Source: the human T2T-CHM13v2.0 reference genome, Homo sapiens. Taken from it: DNA of 64,000 nucleotides. The notes under the pieces were generated by a model, which saw only the letters and a program-made list of their open reading frames with translations, was not told the origin of the DNA and searched no databases. The stretch's first letter is position 1, and every line of letters begins with the position of its first letter. The translations under genes and the position numbers were made by a program. Below are positions 28,401-40,459 of this stretch, one piece after another. Where the stretch lies: the NCBI RefSeq assembly GCF_009914755.1, contig NC_060928.1. The stretch is one strand, 5' to 3'.

Positions 28401-29215
28401 ACTGGCAGATTGACTTTAACCATATGCCCTGAGTCAAAAAACTAAGATATCTTTTGGTCTGGGTAGATGCATTCACTGGATGGTTAGAGGTCTTTCCCAC
28501 AGGGTCTGAGAAGGCCACCAGGATCATTTCTTCCCTTCTGTCAGACATAATTCCTTGGTTTGGCCTTCCCACCTCTACACCATCAGATAACAGTCCAGCC
28601 TTCATTAGTCAGGTCACTCAAGCAGTCTCTCAGGTCCTCGGCAACCAGTGGAAACTTCATGTTCCCTACCAACCTCAATCTTTGGGAAAGGTAGAAAGAA
28701 CTAATGGTATTTTAAAAACACACCTCACCAAGCTCAACCTCCAACTTAAAAAAGACTGGACAGTACTTTTACTGTTTTCCCTCCTTAGAATTAGAGCCTG
28801 TCCTTGAGAAGTTACAGGGTATAGTCCATTTGAACTTTTATATGGACGTACCTTCCTGTTGGGCCCCAACCTCATGCCAGACACCAGCCTTCTAGGCAAC
28901 TATCTTCCAGTCCTCCAGCAGGCTAGACAGGAAATTCGCCAGGCTGCTAATCTTCTCTTGCCTATTCCAGATTCCCAGCCATATGAAGACACCCTAGCTG
29001 GACGATCAGTTCTTGCTAAGAATCTGACCCCTCAAACTCTACAACCTCAATGGACCACACCCTACTTAGTCATCTATAGTACCCCAACTGCCATCCGCCT
29101 GCAGGACCCTCCCCATTGGGTTCACTGTTCCAGAATAAAGCTGTGTCCATCGCAGGGCCAGCCTGATCTACTCTTTCTCCTGGAAGTCGCAAGTACCCTC
29201 CCCTACTTCCCTTGA
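28397..29215 (+). pseudogene. pol: HERV-H pol integrase core and C-terminus (decayed)
   Basis: One frame reads QDWQIDFNHMP*VKKLRYLLVWVDAFTGW...SDNSPAF...GKVERTNG...RACP*EVTGYSPFELLYGR; D-D-E present, two TGA stops. Confidence 0.92.
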
Positions 29216-29523
29216 ACCCACTTGCATTTCTGAAGAACAGTAATAAACCTTATGAGCCTAATACATCCCTTCCTTCTGTTAGGTCTATTCGTTCTTACTC
29301 TACTTTTTGCAACAGGGCTTTATGCAGTCACCCCCACTACTTGGACTCTGCCCCAAAAACTTGTCATCCCTACTATCTTCTGCCTAGTCATACTCCTATT
29401 CACTATTCTCAACTACTCGTAAATGCCCTGCCCTTGTTTATACTGCTGGTTTACACTTTTCCTTCAAACCATCATAACTGATATCTCCTGGTTTTACTTC
29501 AAACCGTCACCCTTAACTCTCTC

Positions 29524-31312
29524 TTGGAGTGGATAGAAGATCTTCAGTGGCAAGGTACACTCCAATTCTTCTATCCTGATGAAGTCCTTTTTTTACTTTT
29601 CTACTCATTCTTATCCTTGCCCCCATTCTCCAGTCTCTCTTTACCTCTCCCTAGTTACCTCCAGCATACTATCAATCTCACCCACTCTCTCCTCACTGCC
29701 TTCAGTCCTTCTCTAGCAAAGAACTGTTGGCTATGTGTTTCCCTTTCTTCCTGCTCTTACACAGCTGCCCCCACTCTACAGGCCAACTGGGCTACCTCTC
29801 CTTTCTACCTGCACCTCCAAACCTCCTTTAATAGCCCTCATCTTTACCCACCTGAGGAACTTCTTTATTTTCTAGACTGATTTGGTGAGAACTCCCTAGA
29901 CATTTCACAGGAACAAGGTACCACACTTCTCTGCATCTACTTACGGCATCTTTCTCCTTATGTCAATTCCACCCCCACCCCCTGCCATATTTGGACCCCT
30001 AACCACACAAACAACTATCCCTGTTGCCGGTCCTTTATGTATCTCCCAAAAACAGTCTACGGGGATCCCTTTAGGTAACCTTCCACCATCCAAATGTTCC
30101 TTTACTCTGTATCTCTAGAACCCAGCCACATACATTACCAAACAGATGGGAGCATTCCAACTTCACATTACTGATAAGCCCTCTATCATTACTGACAAAC
30201 TAAAACACATTGGCAGTCACTATTGTTTAGGAAGACACCTACTCTGCATCTCACTCCTTCCTTGGCAACCCATTCCCACCCCCGCCTGTCTGACTCTCCT
30301 TCTAGCACCTCCTCTTGCTTGCTTTATACCCAGCCCCATGAATAGCGGTGAAAGATTACTCACAGACACTTTGCACTTTCTCATACACCATGAGAACCAA
30401 ACCTCTCCCTCTACATATTTGCACCATCAATCCCCATTACAACCTCTAACAGCTGCTGCCCTTGCTGGATCTCTAGGATTTTGGGTGCAGGACTCCTCTT
30501 TCCATACACCCTTTCACCTTTTCACTTTCCATTTCCAATTCTGCCTGACACAAGTTCTCTTCTTTTCATGTGGCTCTTCCACCTACATGTGCCTACCTGC
30601 CAACTGGACAGACACATGTACTCGAGTCTTCCTCATCCCCAAAATCCAGTTCGCCGATGGGAATGAACAACTGCCTGTCCCCCTCATGACACCAACATGA
30701 CAAAAAAAGGGTCATCCCACTAATCCTTTTACTTCTGGGTCTAGTACTTTCTGCCTCCACTATTGCACTTGGAACTGGAATATCAGGCATCTCAACCTCT
30801 GTCACAACATTCTGCAGCCTCTCTAATGACTTCTCTGCTAGCATTACAGACATATCACAAACTTTATCTGTCCTCCAAGCCCAGACTGACTCTTTAGCTG
30901 CAGTTGTCCTCCAAAACTGATGAGGCCTTGATTTACTCACTGCTGAAAAAGGAGGACTCTGCATATTTCTTAATGAAGAGTGCTGTTTTTACTTAAATCA
31001 ATCTGGCCTGGTATATGATAACATCAAAAAACTCAAAGACAGAGCTCAAAAACTTGCTAATCAGGCAACTAATTACCTAATTACACGGGACCCACCTGGC
31101 CACTCTCTTACTGGGTATTCTGGCTTCTTCCAATGGTTAGTCCTCTAATACCTATCTTCCTCCTTCTCTTATTTGGGCCTTGTGTCTTCCAATTAATCTC
31201 TCAATTCCTATGAAACCACATCCAAGCTATCACTAATCACCCTATACGACAAATGCTGCGTTTAACAACCCCACAATATCACCCCTTACCCCAAAATCTT
31301 ACTTCAGTTTAA
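29524..31312 (+). pseudogene. env: HERV-H env (SU+TM), decayed
   Basis: CWLC at 29725-29736; furin-site remnant at ~30698-30710 with a +1 frameshift; fusion peptide VIPLILLLLGL; [19 protein letters not shown]; CX6CC (CIFLNEECC); hydrophobic TM-like tail. Confidence 0.92.
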
Positions 31313-31473
31313 TTTCTCCCACTTTAGGTTCCCGTGCTGCCCCTAATCCCACTCAAAGCAGCCCTGAGAAACGTAGCCCATCACCCCTCCATACCGCCCC
31401 CAAAATTTTCACCCCAAGTTTTCACTACTCTTTCTCATTTTATTTCTTCATTATTAACATAAAAAGACAGGAA

Positions 31474-31962
31474 CGTAAGGTCCTCTGAGCTGGCCGCACC
31501 ATGGTCAAGCCATAGTGACAACCCCCCACAATCCCCCTGGTCCCGGTCGTTGTGATAATGTTCTTTGTGATACTCCCCCATCCTTGTGAATGTACTTTGT
31601 AAATTCCTCCTCGCCCTTGTGACAATACACCCTCCCCATCCTTGTGAATGTACTTTGTAGGATGCACCCTCCCCACCCTTGTGAATGTACTTTGTAGGAT
31701 ACATCCTCCCCACCCTTGTGAATGTACTTTGTAACATCCTCCCTGCCCTTGAGAATGTACTTTTTAACATCCACCCCCTGCCCCCCAAAATTGCTCCTAA
31801 CTCCACCACCTATCCCAAATCCATAAGAAGTAATGATAATCCCACCACCCTTTGCTGACTCTTTTTGTTGGACTCAGCCCATCCGCACCGACGTGTAATA
31901 CACAGCCACTGTTGCTCACACAAAGCCTGCTTGGTGGTCTCTTTACTTGGACGCACGTAACA
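31474..31962 (+). mobile_element. HERV-H 3' LTR, LTR7C-like
   Basis: Follows the PPT; cgtaaggtcctctgagc...cccaccaccctttgctgactc...gttgctcacacaaagcctg...ggtggtctct...gtaaca; tandem U3 repeats. Confidence 0.85.
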
Positions 31963-32570
31963 GCTCCCATTTTCTTTCTCCTGAATTAAGTTATTTAAAT
32001 AGCCTAATGTGTCTCCTCTTAGCCAACCATGCCACTCTGCAATCCAATATCTCATTGCATTCAATATGATAATGTGGCCATGCTGCTAAAAACTTCCATA
32101 CATTGTCCTGTAAAGCCCTTCATCAGAGGTTCCCATCTATCTCTCCAGCCTTACTTCGCTCTCTTTGCACCAGACATAATGACATTCCATCTTTACCTGT
32201 GCTCTTGCTGATTCTTCTCAACACGTGGCCTCTAATTTTTAGTGCTCTTTCCTTTTTGATCCTGTTAATGTAAACTAATTCTTAACCAGCACATCCCATC
32301 GCATCCTCCTCTGACTTACTTGACTAGGTCAAATATGAATGTTAAGTTCTTATAGTACCATTTACCTCTCTCTTGAAGCTCTTAACACTACTGCTATTTT
32401 ACATTTATTTTTGTGATTATTTGATTAAGGTCTATCACCATCACTAGGATGCAATTCTGTGAAGTCTGAGAATGGCTTTTTTTCCCTCACCTTTATATTC
32501 CAAGTGCCACTAACAGTGCCTGGTGCATATTAGGCACTCAATTATAATGTGAATAGGTGGATGATAACTA
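31963..32570 (+). mobile_element. L2, right part through its 3' end
   Basis: cctaatgtgtctcc...cactaggatgcaattctgtgaag...cagtgcctggtgcatattaggcactcaa. Confidence 0.8.
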
Positions 32571-32790
32571 ATATATCTTTTGAGTCTTACTTTATGCCAA
32601 GTACTATTCTCCACCTTTTATTGTATTATCCCCTTTAATTTCCAAAACAACTCTATGAAGATGGTCTAATTATTTTTCCATTCTATAGAAGAATAAAGAG
32701 GTTAAATAAATTGTTCAAGCTCTTATGGCAAATAAGTGATAAAACCAGAATACAGAACTAGTCTGACTTCTGAGCATGTTTTCTTGATGC
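32570..32790 (-). mobile_element. MIR
   Basis: cttactttatgccaagtact...caacaactctatgaagatgg...gaggttaaataaattgttcaag. Confidence 0.75.
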
Positions 32791-32998
32791 TACAGCTGCC
32801 TCTGCGCATTTGTCAAATGGATGAGTGACAGACAGCAGAATAGTCAAATGAGCAAATGTCAGCAGCAGTTCTTTTCTGGAAATAGTTATTATTTGGAAAG
32901 ATGATGGAGGGAGAAAAGATATCTATGACTGCAGTAGCAATCAGGTGTTTTGAAAGTTGTTGAGATTGATAATGGAAAAGATTGAAAAAGCGTATCTT

Positions 32999-33264
32999 TT
33001 TTTGTTTGTTTGAGCTGGACTACAGTAGTGCAATCATGGCTCACTGAAGCCTCCTGGGCTCAAAGTATCCTCCCACCCCAGCCTCTGGAGCAGCTAGGAT
33101 TACAAGTGGGTACCAAAACGCTTGACTAATTTTTAAAATTTTATGTAGGGAATGAGGTCTTGCTATATTGCCAACAGTGCGCTTGAACTCCTGGACTCAA
33201 GTGTTCCTCTTGTCTTGGCCTCTCAAAGTGCTGGGATAACAGGCTTGAACTACTACACCTGGCT
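32999..33264 (-). mobile_element. AluJ with internal deletions
   Basis: Antisense Alu with J-type ctcctgggctcaa; 15-bp TSD gaaaaagcgtatctt (32984) / gaaaaagcacatctt (33265). Confidence 0.9.
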
Positions 33265-33882
33265 GAAAAAGCACATCTTCAAGGCAGTGAAGAAACAAAA
33301 CTCAGACCTGAAAGAGAAGTTGACAGCAATTCTAAGAGCATGACCAATGGAACTTGGAAAAGTCGTGCTGAGAGCCTTTTATAAATGCTGTGGGGCCCCT
33401 CAATTTCAAAGGTTTGGTCCATTATGTTCTCTAAATGAGTTTCACAGAACTTTCCCATATCCCCTTCCACAACTAGACACACCTATTGTAAGTTTTAAAT
33501 CCCTCTGGAACATACCATTTTTATATCTTATTTTTGGGCTAGTACACAGTATAGTTGGCTCTCTTGAATAGAATTCATTTGTGTTATTTTATGACAATTT
33601 AGCTATTATTTATCGATCATTAATATTTCAACAATTACATTTTATTTCTGACTTCTCCTCAAAATAAAAATCAGGACTACCACTTATGAGGGATATGGAT
33701 TTAGAAGCCAATTGCTGTAAGGTGAAAGTCCCCCACCCCTGCTAAATTATTAACAATTTTACAATGTTTTTGACATAGCTATATATTTTTTCTCTGGAAG
33801 TTTATTTAGTCAACACATTTTCAAAACATTATTTGCCTTTTTAGAGATTTCACTAAGACAAACAGCCAGTATGTTTAATTAT

Positions 33883-34018
33883 AATAATAATACAAATTAT
33901 ACAGAATATTTAAAAATAGAGCCATGTTTCTCTAGAAACAGCCATGGCAAAATAATAATACAAATTATACAGAATATTAAAAAATAGAGCCATGTTTCTC
34001 TAGAAACAGCCATGGCAA
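33883..34018. repeat. 68-bp direct tandem duplication (2 copies, 1 mismatch)
   Basis: 33883-33950 versus 33951-34018 by direct comparison. Confidence 0.95.
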
Positions 34019-34479
34019 AGTGAAACTGTTCAGAAGTACCACTTACAAGATTCTATAAAGCCTATTCTTAAAGTTTTATTTATAAATACACATTTGCTTT
34101 CTAAGAAACAAGGGCAACCCAACTACAAAAGCACATACATAGCGACATGCCTGAAATGCTTTAACATGAGCAGTGGGTACAGTGTCGGAAAGCCATTCCC
34201 CTGTATCATGCAGAATGAAACAGAATGGGGTTGTTTCACTTTTTCTTAACACAGATATGACAATACAAACTTCTATGACTTGGATGCTTTCTCAAACGAA
34301 CTTTGAAAGCATTATCACCTGGGTTGTCCCTATTCTATTTCACAGAAATTTTTGAGAGGAAAAAACTGGTCTTGAGAAATATCTACTTGTAACAGATGTG
34401 TTTGTTTTGTGTTGTCATGTTGTCATTTGCTAGGTAGTAATGGAAAGAAAGACTTTGCACTATTGCAGGTATAAATTAG

Positions 34480-34720
34480 CAGTGAAGGGTGTAAACTCTA
34501 CAGCCATATTGCCTTTTTAAGCTACGTAACTTTGAAAAGTTACTTGATCTTTGTGTCTCTTTTTCACTAGGTAGAATAGGGTAAGAGTAATAACAACCAC
34601 CTGGAGTCCTTGCACAAGTTTGATGCATTGTAAAGTACTTAGAAGAGTTCCTGACATGTAGCAAAAACATAATCAATGTTAGTTCTTGTAATTACTAAAT
34701 ATTAATTTCATCATTATCAA
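34480..34720 (+). mobile_element. MIR
   Basis: aagttacttgatctttgtgtctc...gtaaagtacttagaagagttcctgacatgtag. Confidence 0.7.
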
Positions 34721-35092
34721 TCACTTGTTCAAAGTCTTTCACAGCTTCCTGTAATCTTCAAAGCAAACCAAACCTTCCTTTTTGTCTTTCAAAGAAATCC
34801 ATAATCAGTAGTCATGCTTCCCATCTAATCCCCTACCATCTACAAATGTAAGCCACCAGCACTAATAAGGTTGTCTCCTTACTGACGTATAAATATATTC
34901 TACTACACTATACCTAGAAATATGCTACTTTCAGTGTACCTCTTTTTAAACATTCTTTCATGTATTAATTAATTAATATACCCATACTGATGTACACAAG
35001 GATTATGCCTGTTTCGTTTTTACTATTTTAATAATGATACAGTATACATACTCAATGATGGATTATACTTAAATCCAAATTTGGTTATTTTA

Positions 35093-35482
<390 letters not shown>

Positions 35483-36499
35483 CTAAAGTTACAATAATCC
35501 AAAACATATCTTTCTTCACAAGAAGTAAAACTGCATCAATAAAACAGAACAGAAATAGAGATTCTAATCAAAGTCCACACCAAGGCAAACAGCAAAGCAG
35601 GAAACACATTGAATGCAAAAGTGACAAAAAAAGGTAAGTATTTTTAAAGTGATTCTAAAAGGCCAATAAGAAAAATCAAATAGTAAATGGAAATTTAATT
35701 ATACAACAATGTAATAGATCAAAGTGTCACTTTTTTTAAGCAGAGGCATTTTTGTTTATTGGTGGTAGAAATTAAATTGGCAAAAGAAAAGCTTCTCTGA
35801 AAACAAATTTAGCATTATGTATCAAAAGTTTCAAAGGATTGATAATTTTTGACACAGTAATCCAATGTATAGGGACCTAACCTAAGTAAAATTTTAGAAG
35901 ATATAAATTAAATGTACCATATCATTATTAAATAGAAAAAAAGAAGCAGGCACAACCCTGTGTCCATCAATAGGGTGATATTAATTAATTAGAATAGAAA
36001 TTTCATGTTCAGAAAATAGCAATGTGAGAAGATGCTCACAAAATAATGTTACATACACAAAGCCACACTATTTTTTAAATAGGACACTTTAAATGCCAAC
36101 TTCAAAACCTATGTTGCTTTGCCAAGAAACCAAGCAAAAGGACCAAAGGCAGAAAGGGTGCAGGACATTTTAATCATCAGCAAAATGAGAAAAACAGCAT
36201 CAGATACAAATGTCAAGGAATTCTGACTAGTATATTCAGATAGAGACAGAATGAAAGACAGACTTACACTACTCTATCCAAGAAAATGATGCAGCAAGGC
36301 AGGAAGTATTAAAAAAAAATTCTGGCATCACATCATAGCCACCCATATTTCAGAGAAGCAAGATTTACAATCAAGAGTTTTCTGCATGAGTAATGAGGCC
36401 CTCTACTTGGGGTCCTATTTTTTGCAGTGGATTAAACATAATCAGATGCAGCATCTGTGGCCTTCTGGCCTTCTTGAGAAATTTGAGGGAAGAATGCCT

Positions 36500-36730
36500 G
36501 AAGGCTGCACTTCTTGTCTCTTGACTCATCTCTAACAAAAGGCTAGCCTGAATGTAGTATGTGACTATGGACAACCTATTTATCCTCTCTGTCTCAAATT
36601 GTTCATCTGTAAAATGTGAATAATAATAGCGGTGACCTCAAGGAGTAGTGACGATAAAATAGAAAATGTTAAGCAAACTCAAACCCATAGGAATGGCTCA
36701 CTAGGTCTTGAAAATCACTATATTTGTAAT
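36500..36730 (+). mobile_element. MIR
   Basis: tgtgactatggacaac...ctctctgtctca...catctgtaaaatgtgaaataata. Confidence 0.7.
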
Positions 36731-37497
36731 TAAAAATCTTGATGTGAATTCTGAAAGCATAGTGCTGCATTAGAGAGATGGTACCTTAGGTCTGCTGCTA
36801 CAGGAAGAAGATTCTGATATGGCAATTAGCCTGCACTAGGGAGTACCCTGTGGGGAAGTGAGGTCAGTAGGACTGGATGGAAGAAGGAGTTGAAATTCAA
36901 TGCAGCCGCAACAAAAATATTAACCTATGCCATGCGAAGTTTTAAAGCTTGGATGATCCTTCAGAAATCATGGACCAGTTTTGGGTAGGGACAGTCCTTG
37001 GGAGGGGACTAACTTGGGGGACAGAGTACCCTTAAACTAGGGCAATTACAAGGGTGTGCCTCAATTGTGAGTTTGCAACAACAATGCACCTGCCAGCTGG
37101 AAATAAGTGCCTTGGTCCTAAGAGGAATCTGGACTTCAGCATCCACAGTGGAAAGTGCTTGAAATCACTTCAGCCACTACAGACCAAGAGTCGAAGGGAG
37201 ATACTCATGGTCATGTCAAAGGGATAGACAAGCAAGAGGGACTTTTTCCCAGCCTGAGGTTTCATGTCCAACACAAGATAGCCTTTTAATTAAATTGTAG
37301 ACTCCCTCAAAAAGTCTTACTCAAACCAAGAAGCAAAAGTTCCAGAAGGGAGTACAGGCCCAATTTCATGCTTACCTGTAATAGAGACATGTAAAACTGA
37401 AAATCTGATGCCTAAAATTAGGTCACAGTGTCAAAATGTCAACAACTTTTTAGGAAGAAAACACACACACGTGCATGTGCGCATGCACCCACATGCC

Positions 37498-38206
37498 TGT
37501 CAACTTAAGAATGATGAAGTTCACAAATTTGGAAAGGAGGACTTTATTTCTCCTAAAGGGTTGCAGACTGCAGTGTGGTCCTTCTGACAGCTGGCTAGCA
37601 TAGCCTTCTGTCAGAAGCCGGAAACAGATACTTCAAGGCAAGGGCAAAGGGAATGGGAATTTATGCTGAGCAGGGGACCAAATACACATATTTAATACGC
37701 TATAGGAGGAGCCATACATATTTACGAAAGGAGAAAATTGTGTATGTTCAGTTAAGCTTCATGCCCCATCTGAGTCACATGTACAAACAAATGGCAGCGT
37801 CAACATGATCCCAGGGTGAACTTTTTGGCCCCCGATAGCAAAAGGTGAAGCAGAGGACATGAAAATCCTCACTATACATCCTCCATAGACAGTTAAGGAC
37901 CACCCCATGGTCTGTGGTCTCCTATCAGGAAGGAAATTTGGTTGGTTGTTTTGTCAAATCTGCAAAAAAGAGGGGGCAGTGTCAGGCAACTGGTTGATAC
38001 CTAGGGTGGAGCAAGTCTCTCCAAAGTGCTGGTTTCTGTTTAACCCTTAGGAAAGAAAGCCTAATAGTGGTTAGCAAGGGAGTATAAGGAGGCATGTCCC
38101 ACCTCCCAACCCATCATGGCCAGGAATTCAGCTTCTAAGGCTTCTCTGAGGTCCCCTCAGCCACGAGGGGGTCTGTTCAGTCAGCTTAGCTTTTTTTTTT
38201 TTCACA
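37498..38206 (-). mobile_element. MER39-like ERV1 solo LTR
   Basis: TG..CA termini: tgtcaacttaagaatgatg...actttatttctc...ggggtctgttcagtcag...ttttcaca. Confidence 0.75.
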
Positions 38207-38628
38207 TACATACAAACACACACAGAGGCAAATTTCCCCTCTGAAACTAAACCCCTGGCCTCCAGTTTCTGTTTTTAGAAGATCTAACAATACCTGTGTA
38301 AACAAAACAAAGGGATGTAACAGTTAAAACAGAGAAAAGAGGGCTTCTTCTTTGCTTGTTGTCCAGAAGTTGATGTCTCTAGGACACCAGAGAAGACTCC
38401 TACATCAGTAAAATATTGAGATTTTGAAGACAGGTTTATCTCTCCTTAAACGAGGAAAATTCCCTTTGCCCGACGTAGAGATACTATAAGGTACACAGGA
38501 GAAGTGAGAATATGGCCACTGGGAGATTGTGGGCCAGGGGTCAGGAGGGGATGAGTCTCCCACCCTGCAGTCATAGAAGAAATTGATGGAGGGTTTCAAA
38601 CTCAGAAGAAAGGAGACTTTTCATCTCC

Positions 38629-38683
38629 CCTGGGAGCAGTGGCTCACACCTGTAATCCCAGCACTTTGGGAGGCCAAGGTGGG
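38629..38683 (+). mobile_element. Alu 5' head only (~55 bp)
   Basis: cagtggctcacacctgtaatcccagcactttgggaggccaaggtggg, then an abrupt switch to Tigger3 sequence. Confidence 0.85.
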
Positions 38684-39257
38684 GCCTATACAGGGTCAGG
38701 ATCACCAGCATCACTGTCTTTTATGCACACACATTAGCCTGGGCCTACAGAGGGTCAGGATCACCAGTATCACTGCCTTCCATCTCCATGTCTTGACCCA
38801 CTGTAAGGTTTTCCAGGGCAGTAACACACATGGAGGGGCCATCTCCTGTGATAACGATGCTTTTTTTTTTTTTTCTGTAATACTTCTCAAAGGACCTGCT
38901 TGAGGCTTTCTTCCCGTTAGCTTTTCTTTTTGTAAGTAGAGGGAGTAGATTCTAAAATAACAATAAAAAGTGTTTATAGTAAATACATAAGCCAGTAACA
39001 GTTATTTATTACCATTATCAAGTATTCTGTCCCATATGTAATTGAACACCCCATAGTAGTGTACAACTGGCCGCACAGTAGGTTAGTTTATATAAGCATC
39101 ACTACAAACATGTGAGTAAATGCATTACCCTACAATATTACAATATCTACAATGTCACTAGGTGATAGGAATTTTTTAGTTCCACTATAATCTTGCAGAA
39201 CCACTTCTACAGATGCAGACTGACATTGATAGAAACATCATTGTGTAGCACTATCTG
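38683..39257 (+). mobile_element. Tigger3/Tigger3b (MER7) 3' part
   Basis: ggcctacagagggtcaggatc...aaggacctgcttgaggct...gtcactaggtgataggaatttt...catcattgtgtagcactatctg followed by TA. Confidence 0.85.
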
Positions 39258-40459
39258 TAATCTTACGTATATATACACGCATATATTGTTTGTTTCTCTG
39301 GAGAACCTTAACACAGCTCTCATGGGCCAACAGCCAAGTCACATTACAATAGAGGCCTGCATGGACAGGTAAGAGATGCTAGGAAGCCCTCCCTTTCTCC
39401 CTCCAGCAAAAGGTTGGGATGGGGCATGATTTTATCATGCAATGTATTTAAGATTCCCCACCCCCATCTCATCCTGAGTCTAGTGGCAACAGGGTAGAAA
39501 GAGGAGACAAACCCTCCAAATTGGATAAAATTTAGTTCCTACCAAGATGACAGAATTATACATTCAATTGACTTGCAGAAAAACAGAAAATTCAGTTTCT
39601 GGAATACTAGGATTTACTTAATACTTATGTATATTAAGCAAAATTATCAGAAAGTTGAAGAGTAATTAATAATAATAGTACTAAGATTTAATTTGATAGG
39701 CAAGTGGTAAGAAGGGGATAAAAAGTATTTAAATAATATAATTAATAAGATTAATTCAAAATATAGAACTTAAAATAAACAACCTTCAATAAAGAGAAGA
39801 TTTTTTAAGTATCCATAAGATAAAGAAAACATATAAGCCACAAAAAAGTTACATTCATGCTTCAAATTAGGAATTGAATTATTTACACTGTCTTACCTTG
39901 AGGCAATATAAGAATCACAAAATTGTAGACAACACAACAATGTTGAAAACTGTAAAACAAAACATAATAAAAGAAGTAATCAAAATTACATTTACTAAAA
40001 TCTTTAGAAAATAAAGTTAATGGTACAAAATGGGAAAGGATTGACAGTGAACACAAACTCAGGAAAATACATTAAGCTAAATTCTTACACTCTATTCCTA
40101 AAAATTAAATTCAGTTAACTAAGTATTCAACTGAAAATTGGGGGAAAAAAGTGACTGGGAAAAGAAAACAGCATGAAAAAATTAATAACATAAATTCAAA
40201 ATCTCCTTCGTTGAAAATAAGAGTTCACAGCAAGAGAGAAGCATAAAAAGAAAAATAAGAGCACAAAAATAAAAACTTGAGAATGAAAACACAAGGTTAA
40301 CTACAGATTTTTAGTAAAATAAAATAATAAAACATTTAAGCTAAATCTATATTTGAAATATTCTCATATATCTGAAATGTACGACATCTTGGAAAATGCT
40401 ACTAAAATTGACTCAAGAAAGGGTAGAAAACCTGCATAAATTAATTACTTATGATTAGA

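Larger units (their letters stand above)
28397..31962 (+). mobile_element. HERV-H provirus, 5'-deleted (integrase, env, PPT and 3' LTR only)
   Basis: Gammaretroviral integrase and env motifs, PPT aaaaagacaggaa and LTR7-family 3' LTR; no 5' LTR, PBS, gag, pro or RT upstream. Confidence 0.93.

Noticed and set aside
31435-31809. Minus-strand ORFs with repeated peptides (LQSTFTR, TKYIHK)
   Set aside because: Translations of the LTR7 tandem repeats
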